A DNA stretch of 64,000 bases, from positions 2,624,001-2,688,000 of the forward strand of contig CP170459.1 in NCBI GenBank assembly GCA_047947115.1, given 5' to 3'. Origin of the DNA: Verrucomicrobiota bacterium. GTDB lineage: Bacteria; Verrucomicrobiota; Verrucomicrobiia; Limisphaerales; AAA164-E04. Below, in pieces: positions 10,401 to 18,506 of this stretch; position 1 is the first letter of the stretch, and each line of letters begins with the position of its first letter. The notes below the pieces were generated by a model. The model was given only the letters and a program-made list of their open reading frames with translations. It had not been told where the DNA came from and searched no databases. The translations under genes were made by a program, and so were the position numbers.

Positions 10401-12267
10401 CGGGAACAGAGGCCTTGGAGGAAATCTGAGTGACGAAGCAAGTATAGTCCTAAATATAGCTCCCGTTCAGGACGTTCCTCAATTGTTTGGTTTGCCAGCA
10501 ACGGTTGAGACAAACGAGGATGTGAACATATATAAATTGGAACTTGGTTTGGTTGATTTTGACCCGGAAAATCAAAAGCTGAACTTGATTGCTGAACTGG
10601 TTGAATCATTTAATAACCCGCTTCAAAGTGTTCAGGTTGAGAAGGAGGCAGGAAATGCATGGTATCTTCACATAGGTGTTGTTCCTGATGCCTTCGGCTA
10701 TGGTCAAATAAAACTGACCTATTCAGATGATCATGTTGCACTGGAAAGAATGCTCGCCGTGAAAGTTAACCAAGTTGATGACGCCTCTGTTGGAGAATTA
10801 CTCATGATTGGTGACGTTGAAGAAGGTGGACTTGTAACAGCGGACACTACTGGAATTAAGGACGCTGATGGTCCCTTGACATTCAGTATTCAATGGCAGA
10901 TCAAAGGCGAATCTGGAGACTGGGCAAATATTCCCGGAGCAACCAGCGCTCAATACACAATCGCCCCAGATCAGTCTTTAGTTGGTTCCAGCCTGCGTGT
11001 TCAAGCAACATCGACTGACATTCTCGGTGGAGTGAACAATCATACCAGTGCAGCCTTAGTTATCACCAATGTCGAAGATGCTCCGACCGTCGAACTTGTC
11101 TCTGAAGTTACAGCTGGGTTTGCTAACGGAGTCACATTTGATGTTAACATCAGCGACAGCGACACATCGATTGAACAATTGGAAATTGCTGTTTCTTCAG
11201 TTAGTTCTCAATTAATTGACATTGCATCGCTGAAGTTTGCCCGATCAGAAACCGGAGGTCGTGTAACTGCTGATGTATTGCCCGGAGTTTCTGGAAGTGG
11301 GGCAGTAACCTTAACGGTATCGGATTCAATCCACACGGTTGTTAAGGAATTCTCTTTTGATCTTGTCAACAACAACCAATCACCAACACTGGAAGTTGCA
11401 GAAGAGGTGTCAACGATTGAAGATGTTGCACTGACGTTCACACTGACCGTAGAGGATGACTCCACTGCAGCAGAGGAGTTGGATTTGGAAATCACAGGAG
11501 ATGACCTTGGTATCCTTGATTGGGAAAATATAGAAAAGAGCTGGTTAGATTCAGTTACAGCTAAAATCACAATTCCTGTGATTGTAAACGCCAATGGTAA
11601 TGGAGAGATGTCCATTTCAGTAAGCGACGGGGAGCATTCAACTTCCCAAGTTGTTAGTTATGTTGTTGAATCTGTTAATGACGCTCCAGCATTCAGTTCA
11701 ATTGAAGCCAAAGCCTATTTTTCAGGTGATGCTTTTGAAATTGAACTAAGTGTGACGGATGTGGATGACAATTTGGAGGATTTAACCTTCACATACAACG
11801 GAATCGAACCGTTTATCGTCACCAGTGAGTTGAAACTCAAATATGATGACACCACAGGAAACCTCAGGATCTCCGGTCTGACTGGAACGGATATTCCCTC
11901 TGTTATTACAAGGCTAACGCTGGAGGCTACAGACGGAGCAGGGGATACAACCACCGAGATTATCTGGTTATTTGTTCAAGATCGGCGAGTGATTGAAGAT
12001 GTTTCAGGCTTTGACATATCCGAAGCTGCATCAAAATTTATCGGTATTAGAACTGTTGCCAACAATAACGATGGTTCCTCGGATATCAAGTTGCAGATAG
12101 AAACATTGACAAAACGAACTTTGGTTCCTGCCGATCTGGGGAACGGGGGTAATTCAGGTAACTCTCCGCAGTTAAGAAAACGTGAGGGAGGGGCACGAGT
12201 TATTGGTAACATGTTTGAATTACCGATAGATAAAAGTAAACCCTATGAGTTCTGGATTCTTGAATAA
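4432..12267 (+). CDS. Giant secreted adhesin (2611 aa) with CSPG/cadherin-like repeats
   Basis: Signal peptide MNKLKTTFTLLGLFFVLNAKA. Eight ~115-aa repeats (SFTQAD.D.G.V.YVHD.SET.SD, CSPG/cadherin-like) and five ~132-aa repeats (NDAP..YTEND..ANY..AL.SVTY.N), followed by divergent NDAP Ig/cadherin-like domains. Confidence 0.85.
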   Translation: MNKLKTTFTLLGLFFVLNAKAGLTLTIDKANETLSFSGVQNVSSANFYEWWDNSGSLYGTVLNFSPNPISNVDDANSLIDVHSNNLYVGVTGSSNLTGNGNTISYSSLTSNEKSYLESLNGSTLISQNSLDPITIVVVSGSNASPLIATNTGGTVAEGGTLTITTSMLNEGDPDDSGAGLTYSVTTASLNGRLELSSAAGISISSFTQADVDSGIVQYVHDSSETTSDSISLSLADGGENGAIAATGTFSITITPVNDAPVATDAAGTLTYTENDAATAIDGSLSLSDNDDVNLEGATISLSANFVSGEDVLAFANTGSISGSWNATSGVLTLTGTDTKANYELALESVTYQNTSEDPSVVSRTVSWVVNDGNNNSAPVTSTISVAAVNDAPLIVTNTGGTVAEGGTLAITTAMLNEGDPDDSGVELTYSVTTASSNGRLELSSAAGTSISSFTQADVDSGIVQYVHDSSETTSDSISLSLADGAEDGATAATGTFSITVTAVNDTPLIATNTGGTVAEGGTLAITTAMLNEGDPDDSGAGLVYSVTAASSNGRLELSSAAGTSISSFTQAELDLGIVRYVHDGSQTISDSISLSLADGGENGATAATGTFSITITPVNDAPVATDAAGTLTYTENDAATAIDGSLSLSDNDDVNLEGATISLSANFVSGEDVLAFANTGSISGSWNATSGVLTLTGTDTKANYELALESVTYQNTSEDPSVVSRTVSWVVNDGNNNSAPVTSTISVAAVNDAPLIVTNTGGTVAEGGTLAITTAMLNEGDPDDSGVELTYSVTTASSNGRLELSSAAGTSISSFTQADVDSGIVQYVHDSSETTSDSISLSLADGAEDGATAATGTFSITVTAVNDTPLIATNTGGTVAEGGTLAITTAMLNEGDPDDSGAGLVYSVTAASSNGRLELSSAAGTSISSFTQAELDLGIVRYVHDGSETTHDSISLSLADGGENGAIAATGTFSITVTAVNDAPLIATNTGGTVAEGGTLAITTAMLNEGDPDDSGAGLTYSVTTASSNGRLELSSAAGISISSFTQANVDSGMVQYVHDSSQSTSDTISLSLADGGEDGATAVTGIFSITVTAVNDAPLIATNTGGTVVEGGTLTITTLMLNEGDPDDSGSGLTYSVTTASSNGRLELSSAVGTSISSFTQADLDLGIVRYVHDGSETTSDSISLSLADGGEDGAAAATGTFSIIITAVNDAPLIATNTGGTVAEGGTLTITTLMLNAGDPDDSGSGLTYSVTTASLNGRLELSSAAGISISSFTQADVDSGIVQYVHDSSETTSDSISLSLADGGENGAIAATGTFSITITPVSDAPVVTDAAGTVAYTENDAATVIDSSLSLSDDDDVNLEGATISLSANFVSGEDVLAFANTGNISGNWNATTGVLALSGSDTKANYELALESVTYQNTSEDPSVVSRTVSWVVNDGNDNSAPVTSTISVAAVNDAPVATDAAGTLTYTENDAATVIDDSLSLSDHDDVNLEGATISLSANFVSGEDVLAFANTGNISGNWNATTGVLALSGSDTKANYESALESVTYQNTSEDPSVVSRTVSWVVNDGNDNSAPVTSTISVAAVNDVPVATNAAGTLAYTENDAATVIDDSLSLSDNDDVNLEGATISLSANFVSGEDVLAFANTGTISGNWNATTGVLALSGSDTKANYESALESVTYQNTSEDPSVVSRTVSWVVNDGNDNSAPVTSTITITAVNDAPSLTLSGLDPDYLEDQSAVAIFDIANFGLVEGGQRVKGLELIVSGLIDGSDELFHIDGASFPLVTGTSGTTAASGVGYSVSDVEGTLTVVLNFEAVTLDDAKSLIGSMGYLNANSAHASDGQRVFTGVRMQDNGGIENSGNDTVKFEYSSTVTVNSVNDAPSIAAPATISFDEDTSIFFNGGSKISLQDVDAIDNKIKLTLKPYNGSLAVASTSDVILTEPESSEGKVYVLEGSMSAINNALVHLAYHPNPQYYGLSSMDLKVEDLGNRGLGGNLSDEASIVLNIAPVQDVPQLFGLPATVETNEDVNIYKLELGLVDFDPENQKLNLIAELVESFNNPLQSVQVEKEAGNAWYLHIGVVPDAFGYGQIKLTYSDDHVALERMLAVKVNQVDDASVGELLMIGDVEEGGLVTADTTGIKDADGPLTFSIQWQIKGESGDWANIPGATSAQYTIAPDQSLVGSSLRVQATSTDILGGVNNHTSAALVITNVEDAPTVELVSEVTAGFANGVTFDVNISDSDTSIEQLEIAVSSVSSQLIDIASLKFARSETGGRVTADVLPGVSGSGAVTLTVSDSIHTVVKEFSFDLVNNNQSPTLEVAEEVSTIEDVALTFTLTVEDDSTAAEELDLEITGDDLGILDWENIEKSWLDSVTAKITIPVIVNANGNGEMSISVSDGEHSTSQVVSYVVESVNDAPAFSSIEAKAYFSGDAFEIELSVTDVDDNLEDLTFTYNGIEPFIVTSELKLKYDDTTGNLRISGLTGTDIPSVITRLTLEATDGAGDTTTEIIWLFVQDRRVIEDVSGFDISEAASKFIGIRTVANNNDGSSDIKLQIETLTKRTLVPADLGNGGNSGNSPQLRKREGGARVIGNMFELPIDKSKPYEFWILE
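5161..7272 (+). repeat. Near-exact intragenic tandem duplication, period 1086 bp
   Basis: 5161-6186 recurs at 6247-7272 with only rare substitutions. 1086 bp = 362 aa = one 132-aa plus two 115-aa units. Confidence 0.9.
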
Positions 12268-12292
12268 TAGAGCCAGCAACTAATTAAGATAT

Positions 12293-12321
12293 AAAGCGGG
12301 AGCCGAGAGGCTCCTGTTTTT
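12293..12321 (+). terminator. Rho-independent terminator after adhesin
   Basis: gcgggagcc-gaga-ggctcctgt followed by a T run. Confidence 0.75.
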
Positions 12322-13394
12322 GTGCCATCGCATAAAATATTACCCCGGATATTTTCCACCCAACTTCTCACTCTACTTGGGCCAGAAAGTCGCCGGCTGG
12401 CATGACCGTAAACCGGTAAACGGACCCTGCAAATTAAACAATCCCATCTGAATTGACAGTTTCATTCAGGGGGACTCCGGTACACCGCTTACACCAAACA
12501 ACCTAACCCGACTTTCGCTATTCGGGAGTAAAATCAACTATTTTTGGGGGTAGGAGAGAGGTTTTGATCAATAACGACGGGGTGTCGTGGTTCAAAATGG
12601 CCTGTGGTGAAGACCTACCCTATTGCACCCTCCTCTGGAATCTGTGATTCTATAGGAGTCATATTTTTGCGAGCCAGCAATCGTCGAAAGAACGGAAACG
12701 ATCATCGATACTGCAGCGTGGTTGAAAACCGCCGCATCCGCAGTGGCAAACATGTTCAAAAGACCTTGTTGTATTTGGGAGAAATCAATGACACCCAAAA
12801 GGCCAGTTGGACCAAAACAATTGATGCGATCGACGACCGCAGCCATCGACAGGTTGCCCTATTTCCAGAGGATCGAGATATCCCCGAAGGGATTGAAGTA
12901 GGGCTTCAGGTAAAGCTCAGCCAACTCCAACTGCACCGTCCTCGACAATGGGGTGCGTGCTGGATGGCCAGTGATCTTTGGCGACAACTGAAATTGGATG
13001 AGTTTTGGGAACAACGTTTGAGGGAAAGCAGGAAAGGCACTCCTTGGCATTTGGTTTTGCAAACCTTGGTGGCATATCGATTGATTGATCCAGGCAGCGA
13101 GTGGCGTTTGCACCGGTATTGGTTTGATCACAGCGCAATGGCGGACCTCCTGGGGGAAGATTTTCGCCTGGCACAGAAGGAAACTGTGAAGGGCGGCCGA
13201 AAAGTGCAGCGGGGGGCAGTTGAAAAGTGCGGCACTTGATTGTTGTTTAGTTCCATTGGTGGTTGGAGTCAAGATTTCAGTAGGGCTACGTTCGGCTGAG
13301 GTTCGCAGGGATTGACGGAGCCGGAGCGTAGCGGAGGCGGAGGAAAGCCCTGCGGGGCGCCCCCCCATCTCTCCCTTTCGTTCCTGATTGGGAT

Positions 13395-14159
13395 TCATGA
13401 TTTCCTATTCTTTCGTTTCTTGGAGTCCTTCAGGCGATAACTCTCCCCATTGGCTTCAAGGATATGAACGCGATGTGTCAGGCGATCAAGCATGGCTCCC
13501 GTGAGGCGTTCGCTTCCCATGACTTCTGTCCATTGTTCAAAGGGCAAATTGGTCGTTACTACCAGACTTGTTCGTTCGTAGGCTCGACTGACAACATCAA
13601 ATAGCAGTTCGGCTCCTGTTTTTGAAAACGGGACGTATCCCAGTTCATCTAAAATGATCAAGTGGTAACGCTCCAACTGCTTTTTGAAACGCTGCAAAGT
13701 TCGTTCTTCTCGATGTTCCAGTAGCGTCGTCACTAGTCCGGTAACACTGAAAAACTTTACCTTGAGTCCTTGCATGCAGACTGCGTGTCCCAGTGCTGTC
13801 GCCAAGTGGGATTTTCCTGTGCCAGGATTGCCCACCAATAGGACATTTTCTTTACGTTGCACAAACTCACCCCTTATCAACTCTCGGACACTGGCTTCAT
13901 TGATTGAGGGCTGCATCGTAAAATCAAAGCTGTCCAGGGTCTTTAAAATCGGGAACATCGCTTGCCGGATACGTCTTTCAGAAGCACGTTGCTCACGTTC
14001 GATCAATTCACGTTCGGTTAATCGCAACAAAAACTCGGCATATCCACTACGTTCCTTCGCGCACAACTGAGCCATCGATTCATATTCCCTTAAAATCGTT
14101 GGTAGTTTGAGCGCCTTGAGATGGTGAGCGAGCAGCACATTTGGTACATCCTTGTTCAT
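13395..14159 (-). CDS. istB: IS21 helper AAA+ ATPase IstB
   Basis: Walker A GNPGTGKS, Walker B LIILDELGY, TTNL.F..W and LDRLTH motifs. Confidence 0.95.
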   Translation of the reverse strand: MNKDVPNVLLAHHLKALKLPTILREYESMAQLCAKERSGYAEFLLRLTERELIEREQRASERRIRQAMFPILKTLDSFDFTMQPSINEASVRELIRGEFVQRKENVLLVGNPGTGKSHLATALGHAVCMQGLKVKFFSVTGLVTTLLEHREERTLQRFKKQLERYHLIILDELGYVPFSKTGAELLFDVVSRAYERTSLVVTTNLPFEQWTEVMGSERLTGAMLDRLTHRVHILEANGESYRLKDSKKRKNRKS

Positions 14160-15655
14160 CGTTCACCTCCCACCAATTGGGCATACTCACTCAAGTCCGG
14201 TGCTTTGACCCAAACATGTTTCAAATGAGGATGCCCATCCAGGTTGAAGGTTTGTTCACACCATGTCTCTTGAGGACACAAAAACTGAGCCACCGCATCT
14301 CGGGTGATAGCTCCATACTCCAGAGCCTTGGATAATGCGCGCACCAACGCTGGCATGGAATGCTTCTCCAGTAAGCGAAGGATTTTGATATACTCTCGAA
14401 CACCTTCACCCCCGTATTGGTTTTCCAGGCGTTTTCGCAGAGTGGTGAACGTTTCCGGTAGTTCCCATTTATCCAGCGGTAACGCGTGATCTAATGCACC
14501 AGGTTTACGTTCCAACAACGCCAAGTAATGCACTGGTTCAAACTTAACTTTTTCCTTGTCCCAAATCCGCGAATGACGAGCAACTTCTTGTCCTTGTGCA
14601 TAAAGGAATACTTCCCAGCAAAATCCTTTGGCAACGATGGGATGATGCGCCCAGCAGACCGGAACAGAATAATCATTGCAATCAAAACGCACCAAAGACA
14701 GGGAATTAGCTGTGGTAGACACTTTTCGAGCTGCTTCAAATGGGCTGGCAGGCAATGGAATCATGGCTGCCTGATCTTCAGTTAGGAGAACCTCTTTAGA
14801 ATCGGATTTACCCCTGAGTCGACGTTTAAGTTCTTCCTGACATTGTTGCCTGAGTTGTGCATTGAGCTCTTCAAAATCCCGCACTTGAGGCACTGGAACC
14901 ATGAAGTTGAGTCGAGTGTATTTGACCAATCCTTCCACCACACCTTTTTCATTACCACGAGCCGGAAGGCAAAAGTGATGATCAAAAAGATAATGGCTTT
15001 TGAGTTGGAGAAAACCATGTGTCAGACGCCGTTGTCTCGATCCGATAATCTTGGATACAGCAATCCTGGTGTTGTCGTAGGTGATGCGTTTGGGAACACC
15101 GTTGAAAAACTCGAAAGCTTGAACATGCCCTTCTTGGAATGTCTCTGTGTTCTCACGCTCAAAGGCCATTACAAAAACGGCGTCACTGTGAGGCAATGAC
15201 ATCACAAAGAATGGGATCTTTCGAAGCTGGCCTCCTACGCAAGCAAGAGCATGCCCAAAATCGACCTGAGCCTCTCCAGGAGGATGTTTGAGGGGGATGA
15301 AGACTTCCTGATTCTTTTGGGTAAGACGTCTTACAGCCTCCCTGACAGTAGAATAGGCCCCTTGATAACCATTTTCATCTCGAAGCCGCTCCCAGATGCG
15401 CTTGGCTGTGTGCCTCTGTTTTTTGTGAATTTTGAGATCATCCTCAAGGATTTGCTTAATCCGGTCCTCAAAAGGACCAATTTTGGGACGTTCACGCGGT
15501 TTGGTTAATTGATAACCAGGAGGTTCACTATGAGTTAGGATCTTGTCCAGGGTTCGCCAATGCATCCCTGTTTCCCGTAGTATGCTGCGCTTGCTGACTC
15601 CATCAACAAGCACCCTTCTTCTTATGTTATTCCATTGTTCCATATCGGCATACAT
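14156..15655 (-). CDS. istA: IS21 transposase IstA
   Basis: N-terminal HTH, PGEAQVDFG, YDN and EKGVVEGLV (DDE) motifs; 4-bp overlap with istB. Confidence 0.95.
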   Translation of the reverse strand: MYADMEQWNNIRRRVLVDGVSKRSILRETGMHWRTLDKILTHSEPPGYQLTKPRERPKIGPFEDRIKQILEDDLKIHKKQRHTAKRIWERLRDENGYQGAYSTVREAVRRLTQKNQEVFIPLKHPPGEAQVDFGHALACVGGQLRKIPFFVMSLPHSDAVFVMAFERENTETFQEGHVQAFEFFNGVPKRITYDNTRIAVSKIIGSRQRRLTHGFLQLKSHYLFDHHFCLPARGNEKGVVEGLVKYTRLNFMVPVPQVRDFEELNAQLRQQCQEELKRRLRGKSDSKEVLLTEDQAAMIPLPASPFEAARKVSTTANSLSLVRFDCNDYSVPVCWAHHPIVAKGFCWEVFLYAQGQEVARHSRIWDKEKVKFEPVHYLALLERKPGALDHALPLDKWELPETFTTLRKRLENQYGGEGVREYIKILRLLEKHSMPALVRALSKALEYGAITRDAVAQFLCPQETWCEQTFNLDGHPHLKHVWVKAPDLSEYAQLVGGER

Positions 15656-17150
15656 GCTCCTTTCTTAGCATGATGCCGCACTTTTCGACTGTCACTTTCC
15701 TGACCCCGACCCGCCGCACTTTTCGACTGGCGCCCACAGCCGCGATAAGCGATCGGACTGTGTTCAAGTGGTCATCGCACTGGTCGTCACGACTGAAGGT
15801 TTTCCCTTGGCCTACGAGGTAATGTCCGGCAATACGGCGGACAACACAACTCTCAGAGGTTTTCTGAAAAAAATTGAAGATCAATATGGAAAAGCAGATC
15901 GAGTTTGGGTGATGGATAGAGGCATCCCAACCGAAGAAGTATTGGCCGAAATGAGAAAATCTTCGACACCGGTTTCCTATCTGCTTGGGACACCCAAAGC
16001 CCGCTTGAATCGCTACGAACAACGACTGACCGAACTACCGTGGAAGGTGGTTCGAGATGATGTTTCAGTCAAACTTCTGCCCGAAGGAGATGAAATCTAC
16101 GTCTATGCGCAAAGTGGAAATCGGATTCAGAAGGAAAGGGCCATGCGCAAACGTCGACTTCGCAAACTACTCAATGATCTCAAGAAACTACGAGATCGAA
16201 AACGACTCACACGAGATACCCTTCTCATGAAATTAGGGGAGTTAAAGTGAGATGCAGGAAGGGCCTATGGACTGCTTAACATTCAGCTGCCCGAATCCAA
16301 AGAGGCCATTACATCCGAGACATTTTCATGGACTCTGAATTGGAAAAAATATCGAGAAGTTTATCGCCGAGAAGATCGATACCTGCTCCGCAGCAACCTT
16401 GAGGGAAGCGATCCTGCAAAACTCTGGGAATACTACATCCAACTGACACAGGTTGAGGAAGCGTTTAAGAACCTCAAAGGCGATTTAGCCATTCGTCCGA
16501 TTCACCACCGACTGGAAGAACGCATCGAAGCTCACATCTTTATTGCATTCCTCGCTTATTGTCTTCACGTAACCCCGGGAAAACGATGTCGGCAGAGAGC
16601 AACTGGATTGACTCCACGCAGTGTCCTTGAACAACTCAAAACCATGCAAATGATCGATGTTTCAATTCCAACCGTTGATGGGCGCTGGCTCCAAATGGCC
16701 CGATATACCCAACCGGACAAAGCTCAACAATTACTGCTGGCACAACTGGGAATGGAACTTCCACCACAGCCATCACCCAAGATCACCTTGGAACAAATTA
16801 ATCCCCAATGTAGTGAAGACCCAGGCCCCAAATAGTCCAAATTTTCAACGTTTTTGAGTTTTTAATGGGCGAATAGCGAAAGTCGGGCTAATACGTGGAT
16901 TGGGTTGAAAAGTGGAAAATGAGTTTCGCCGATTCCACTTACTGCATTTTTTCGCCCTTTGGTGGCTGTTTTTTAGTGCCCGCTGACACTCTACGGGTCC
17001 CCCTGACATCCACGCCGGTGGCCCAGAAGCGGTGTTCTCGGACAAGGATCAAGTTATTGATGGAATATTTGGAGTGTTGGAAGGCGTTGTGCAAGCATTG
17101 AGGAAGGTGGACTGAGCCGCGTCACCACATGGCGCCTTGTCTCCTTCTAC

Positions 17151-18311
17151 TCATTTCTGCAGCCGGTTCTGCCCCACCAAGTCCGGCAGCTTGTCCAGTG
17201 CTGCTCTTTTGATCTCCAGGTCAATCTTGGTGTAGTTCCGTGACATTGCCTCGGAATCATGCCCTACGATGTCACCCGCAATTGCCGAGGTGGCTCCTGT
17301 GTTCTTTAGCTCGCTGGTCAGTGTGTGACGGAGACAATGGAAGCTGAGTCCGGCGTATTTGCGGCGTTGTCCATCGGCCTTGTAGGTCCTGTAATTCTTT
17401 CTTTCAACCAGACCGGCACTCGCCAGTATGGTATTGAATTGATTGGACAGCATCTTGACTGGCACTCCAGCCAATGAGCCACAAACGAATTCTCCTTGGG
17501 ATTTGGATCGGAGATCCTTCAGAAGCCGAAGTAAGGGTGGCGCGATTGGGACGATTACCATCCTTCCGGTCTTCTTTGTCTTGAGTGAATAAACCGCCTT
17601 ATCAAGATCCACGTTGGACCATTTCAGATTGGTAACATCTCCGATACGAAGCCCTGTGTAGTAGCCCACCAGAACAGCAGTCCTCCAGTCCCCCTCGAGT
17701 GTGGTAAGTAGTCGGCCCAATTCCGATGGCGTGAATGGCCTCCGCTCCTGTTTATCCGTTCTTGAGAGGTTCTTGACAATCCTGGCGGGGTTTTTGTCCA
17801 TCACGTCTTGTTCCTTCGCAGCATCAAACATTAACCGCAGCATCTTGAGGTGATTATTGATGGTCCCGGTGGACAAAATACCTGAGATGGAATCCCTGTA
17901 ACCGCGAATATCTGTGATCTCAACCGCTGAGATTTTGTTATCTGCCTTGTGGGCAAGGTGGTCCAGAAATCTTTTGGTAATCGCCGTGTAGGACTTGTAG
18001 GTAGAGACCGAGATTCGGCCTCTAATGTCCTTAAGCCAATCAGTCATAAACTCACGAATGGAATGTCCAGGTTGCACGTCGGGTGATCCCTCCATGATGG
18101 TGGCCATGGCCCTTTCAAGCATGGTGCGAACTTGTTGATGGGTCAGTTCCGAATTCTTGGACTTTCTCTCAGCTTGGCCAAGTGCGCTGCAGATAATCTC
18201 GGCCTTTTTGCGGTCAGGGGTGCCGGTACTTTGGAAGTGGCGCTTGCCGGTGGCATCCGTGAATGCGCAGAACCAATTCGGCTTGCCGTGTTGTCTGTGG
18301 AGGCTGGACAT
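17151..18311 (-). CDS. Tyrosine recombinase / phage-type integrase
   Basis: Complete catalytic set: YTGLRIGD (R), KTKKTG (K), FHCLRHT (HxxR), VGHDS (H), RNYTK (Y). N-terminal arm-binding-like and SAM-like regions. Confidence 0.93.
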   Translation of the reverse strand: MSSLHRQHGKPNWFCAFTDATGKRHFQSTGTPDRKKAEIICSALGQAERKSKNSELTHQQVRTMLERAMATIMEGSPDVQPGHSIREFMTDWLKDIRGRISVSTYKSYTAITKRFLDHLAHKADNKISAVEITDIRGYRDSISGILSTGTINNHLKMLRLMFDAAKEQDVMDKNPARIVKNLSRTDKQERRPFTPSELGRLLTTLEGDWRTAVLVGYYTGLRIGDVTNLKWSNVDLDKAVYSLKTKKTGRMVIVPIAPPLLRLLKDLRSKSQGEFVCGSLAGVPVKMLSNQFNTILASAGLVERKNYRTYKADGQRRKYAGLSFHCLRHTLTSELKNTGATSAIAGDIVGHDSEAMSRNYTKIDLEIKRAALDKLPDLVGQNRLQK

Positions 18312-18399
18312 GGCATAACATTGGCATAACATTCACCAATGTCAATCGTGTTTGTGTATATGTAAATAGTGGCAAACCAACACAAAAGACACCCGCAAA

Positions 18400-18426
18400 C
18401 AGGTTCAAGTCCTGCCGCGGGCACCA
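18400..18426 (+). other. att site: isolated 3' end of a tRNA (T-arm, acceptor strand, CCA), probably tRNA-Leu
   Basis: CAGGTTCAAGTCCTGCCGCGGGCACCA. No complementary 5' acceptor strand (GCCCGCG) lies upstream, so this is not a full tRNA. Isotype is inferred. Confidence 0.8.
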
Positions 18427-18506
18427 TCTTTTTTAAAACCCAATCAGACACACTCTCATTCATTCCATTCTTGCAGCCGTCTAACGCGTTCCTTCATGAT
18501 CAGGGG

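Larger units (their letters stand above)
13185..15738 (-). mobile_element. IS21-family insertion sequence
   Basis: TG...CA ends. Imperfect 28-bp IRs TGTGAAGGGCGGCCGAAAAGTGCAGCGG and (reverse complement) TGTGGGCGCCAGTCGAAAAGTGCGGCGG, reiterated internal GAAAAGTGCGGC boxes, and an istA-istB pair. Confidence 0.93.
12661..16835 (+). pseudogene. IS1634-family transposase pseudogene (pieces 12661-13184 and 15739-16835)
   Basis: Motifs FLR..RRKNG..HRY.SVVENRR..LYLGEIND, RDKRSDCVQVVIALVVT.EGFPLAYEV, VMDRG and QVEEAFKNLKGDLAIRPIHH. Probable start reads ATA, IS21 interrupts the gene, and an in-frame TGA sits at 16248-16250. Confidence 0.88.
12507..16887 (+). mobile_element. IS1634-family insertion sequence (inactivated, contains nested IS21)
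   Basis: Perfect 18-bp terminal inverted repeats CCCGACTTTCGCTATTCG (12507-12524) and CGAATAGCGAAAGTCGGG (16870-16887), flanked by a CTAA direct repeat (12503-12506, 16888-16891). Confidence 0.88.
1..18426. mobile_element. Right part of a tRNA-integrated genomic island (left boundary outside window)
   Basis: Tyrosine integrase at 17151-18311 lies next to an isolated tRNA 3' end at 18400-18426. Cargo is adhesins and IS elements; core genes resume to the right. Confidence 0.7.

Noticed and set aside
16248..16250. Selenocysteine or readthrough TGA in the transposase
   Set aside because: The gene is already disrupted by IS21 and a deletion, so a nonsense mutation is the simpler explanation.
18340..18426. 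Complete tRNA gene
   Set aside because: Only the T-arm and 3' acceptor strand are present; there is no D-arm, anticodon arm or 5' acceptor strand.
1..18426. Prophage
   Set aside because: An integrase is present, but there are no structural, terminase or replication genes in the window.
18369..18506. N-terminal extension of the CotH ORF
   Set aside because: It runs through the att/tRNA fragment; the real start is probably at or after 18507.
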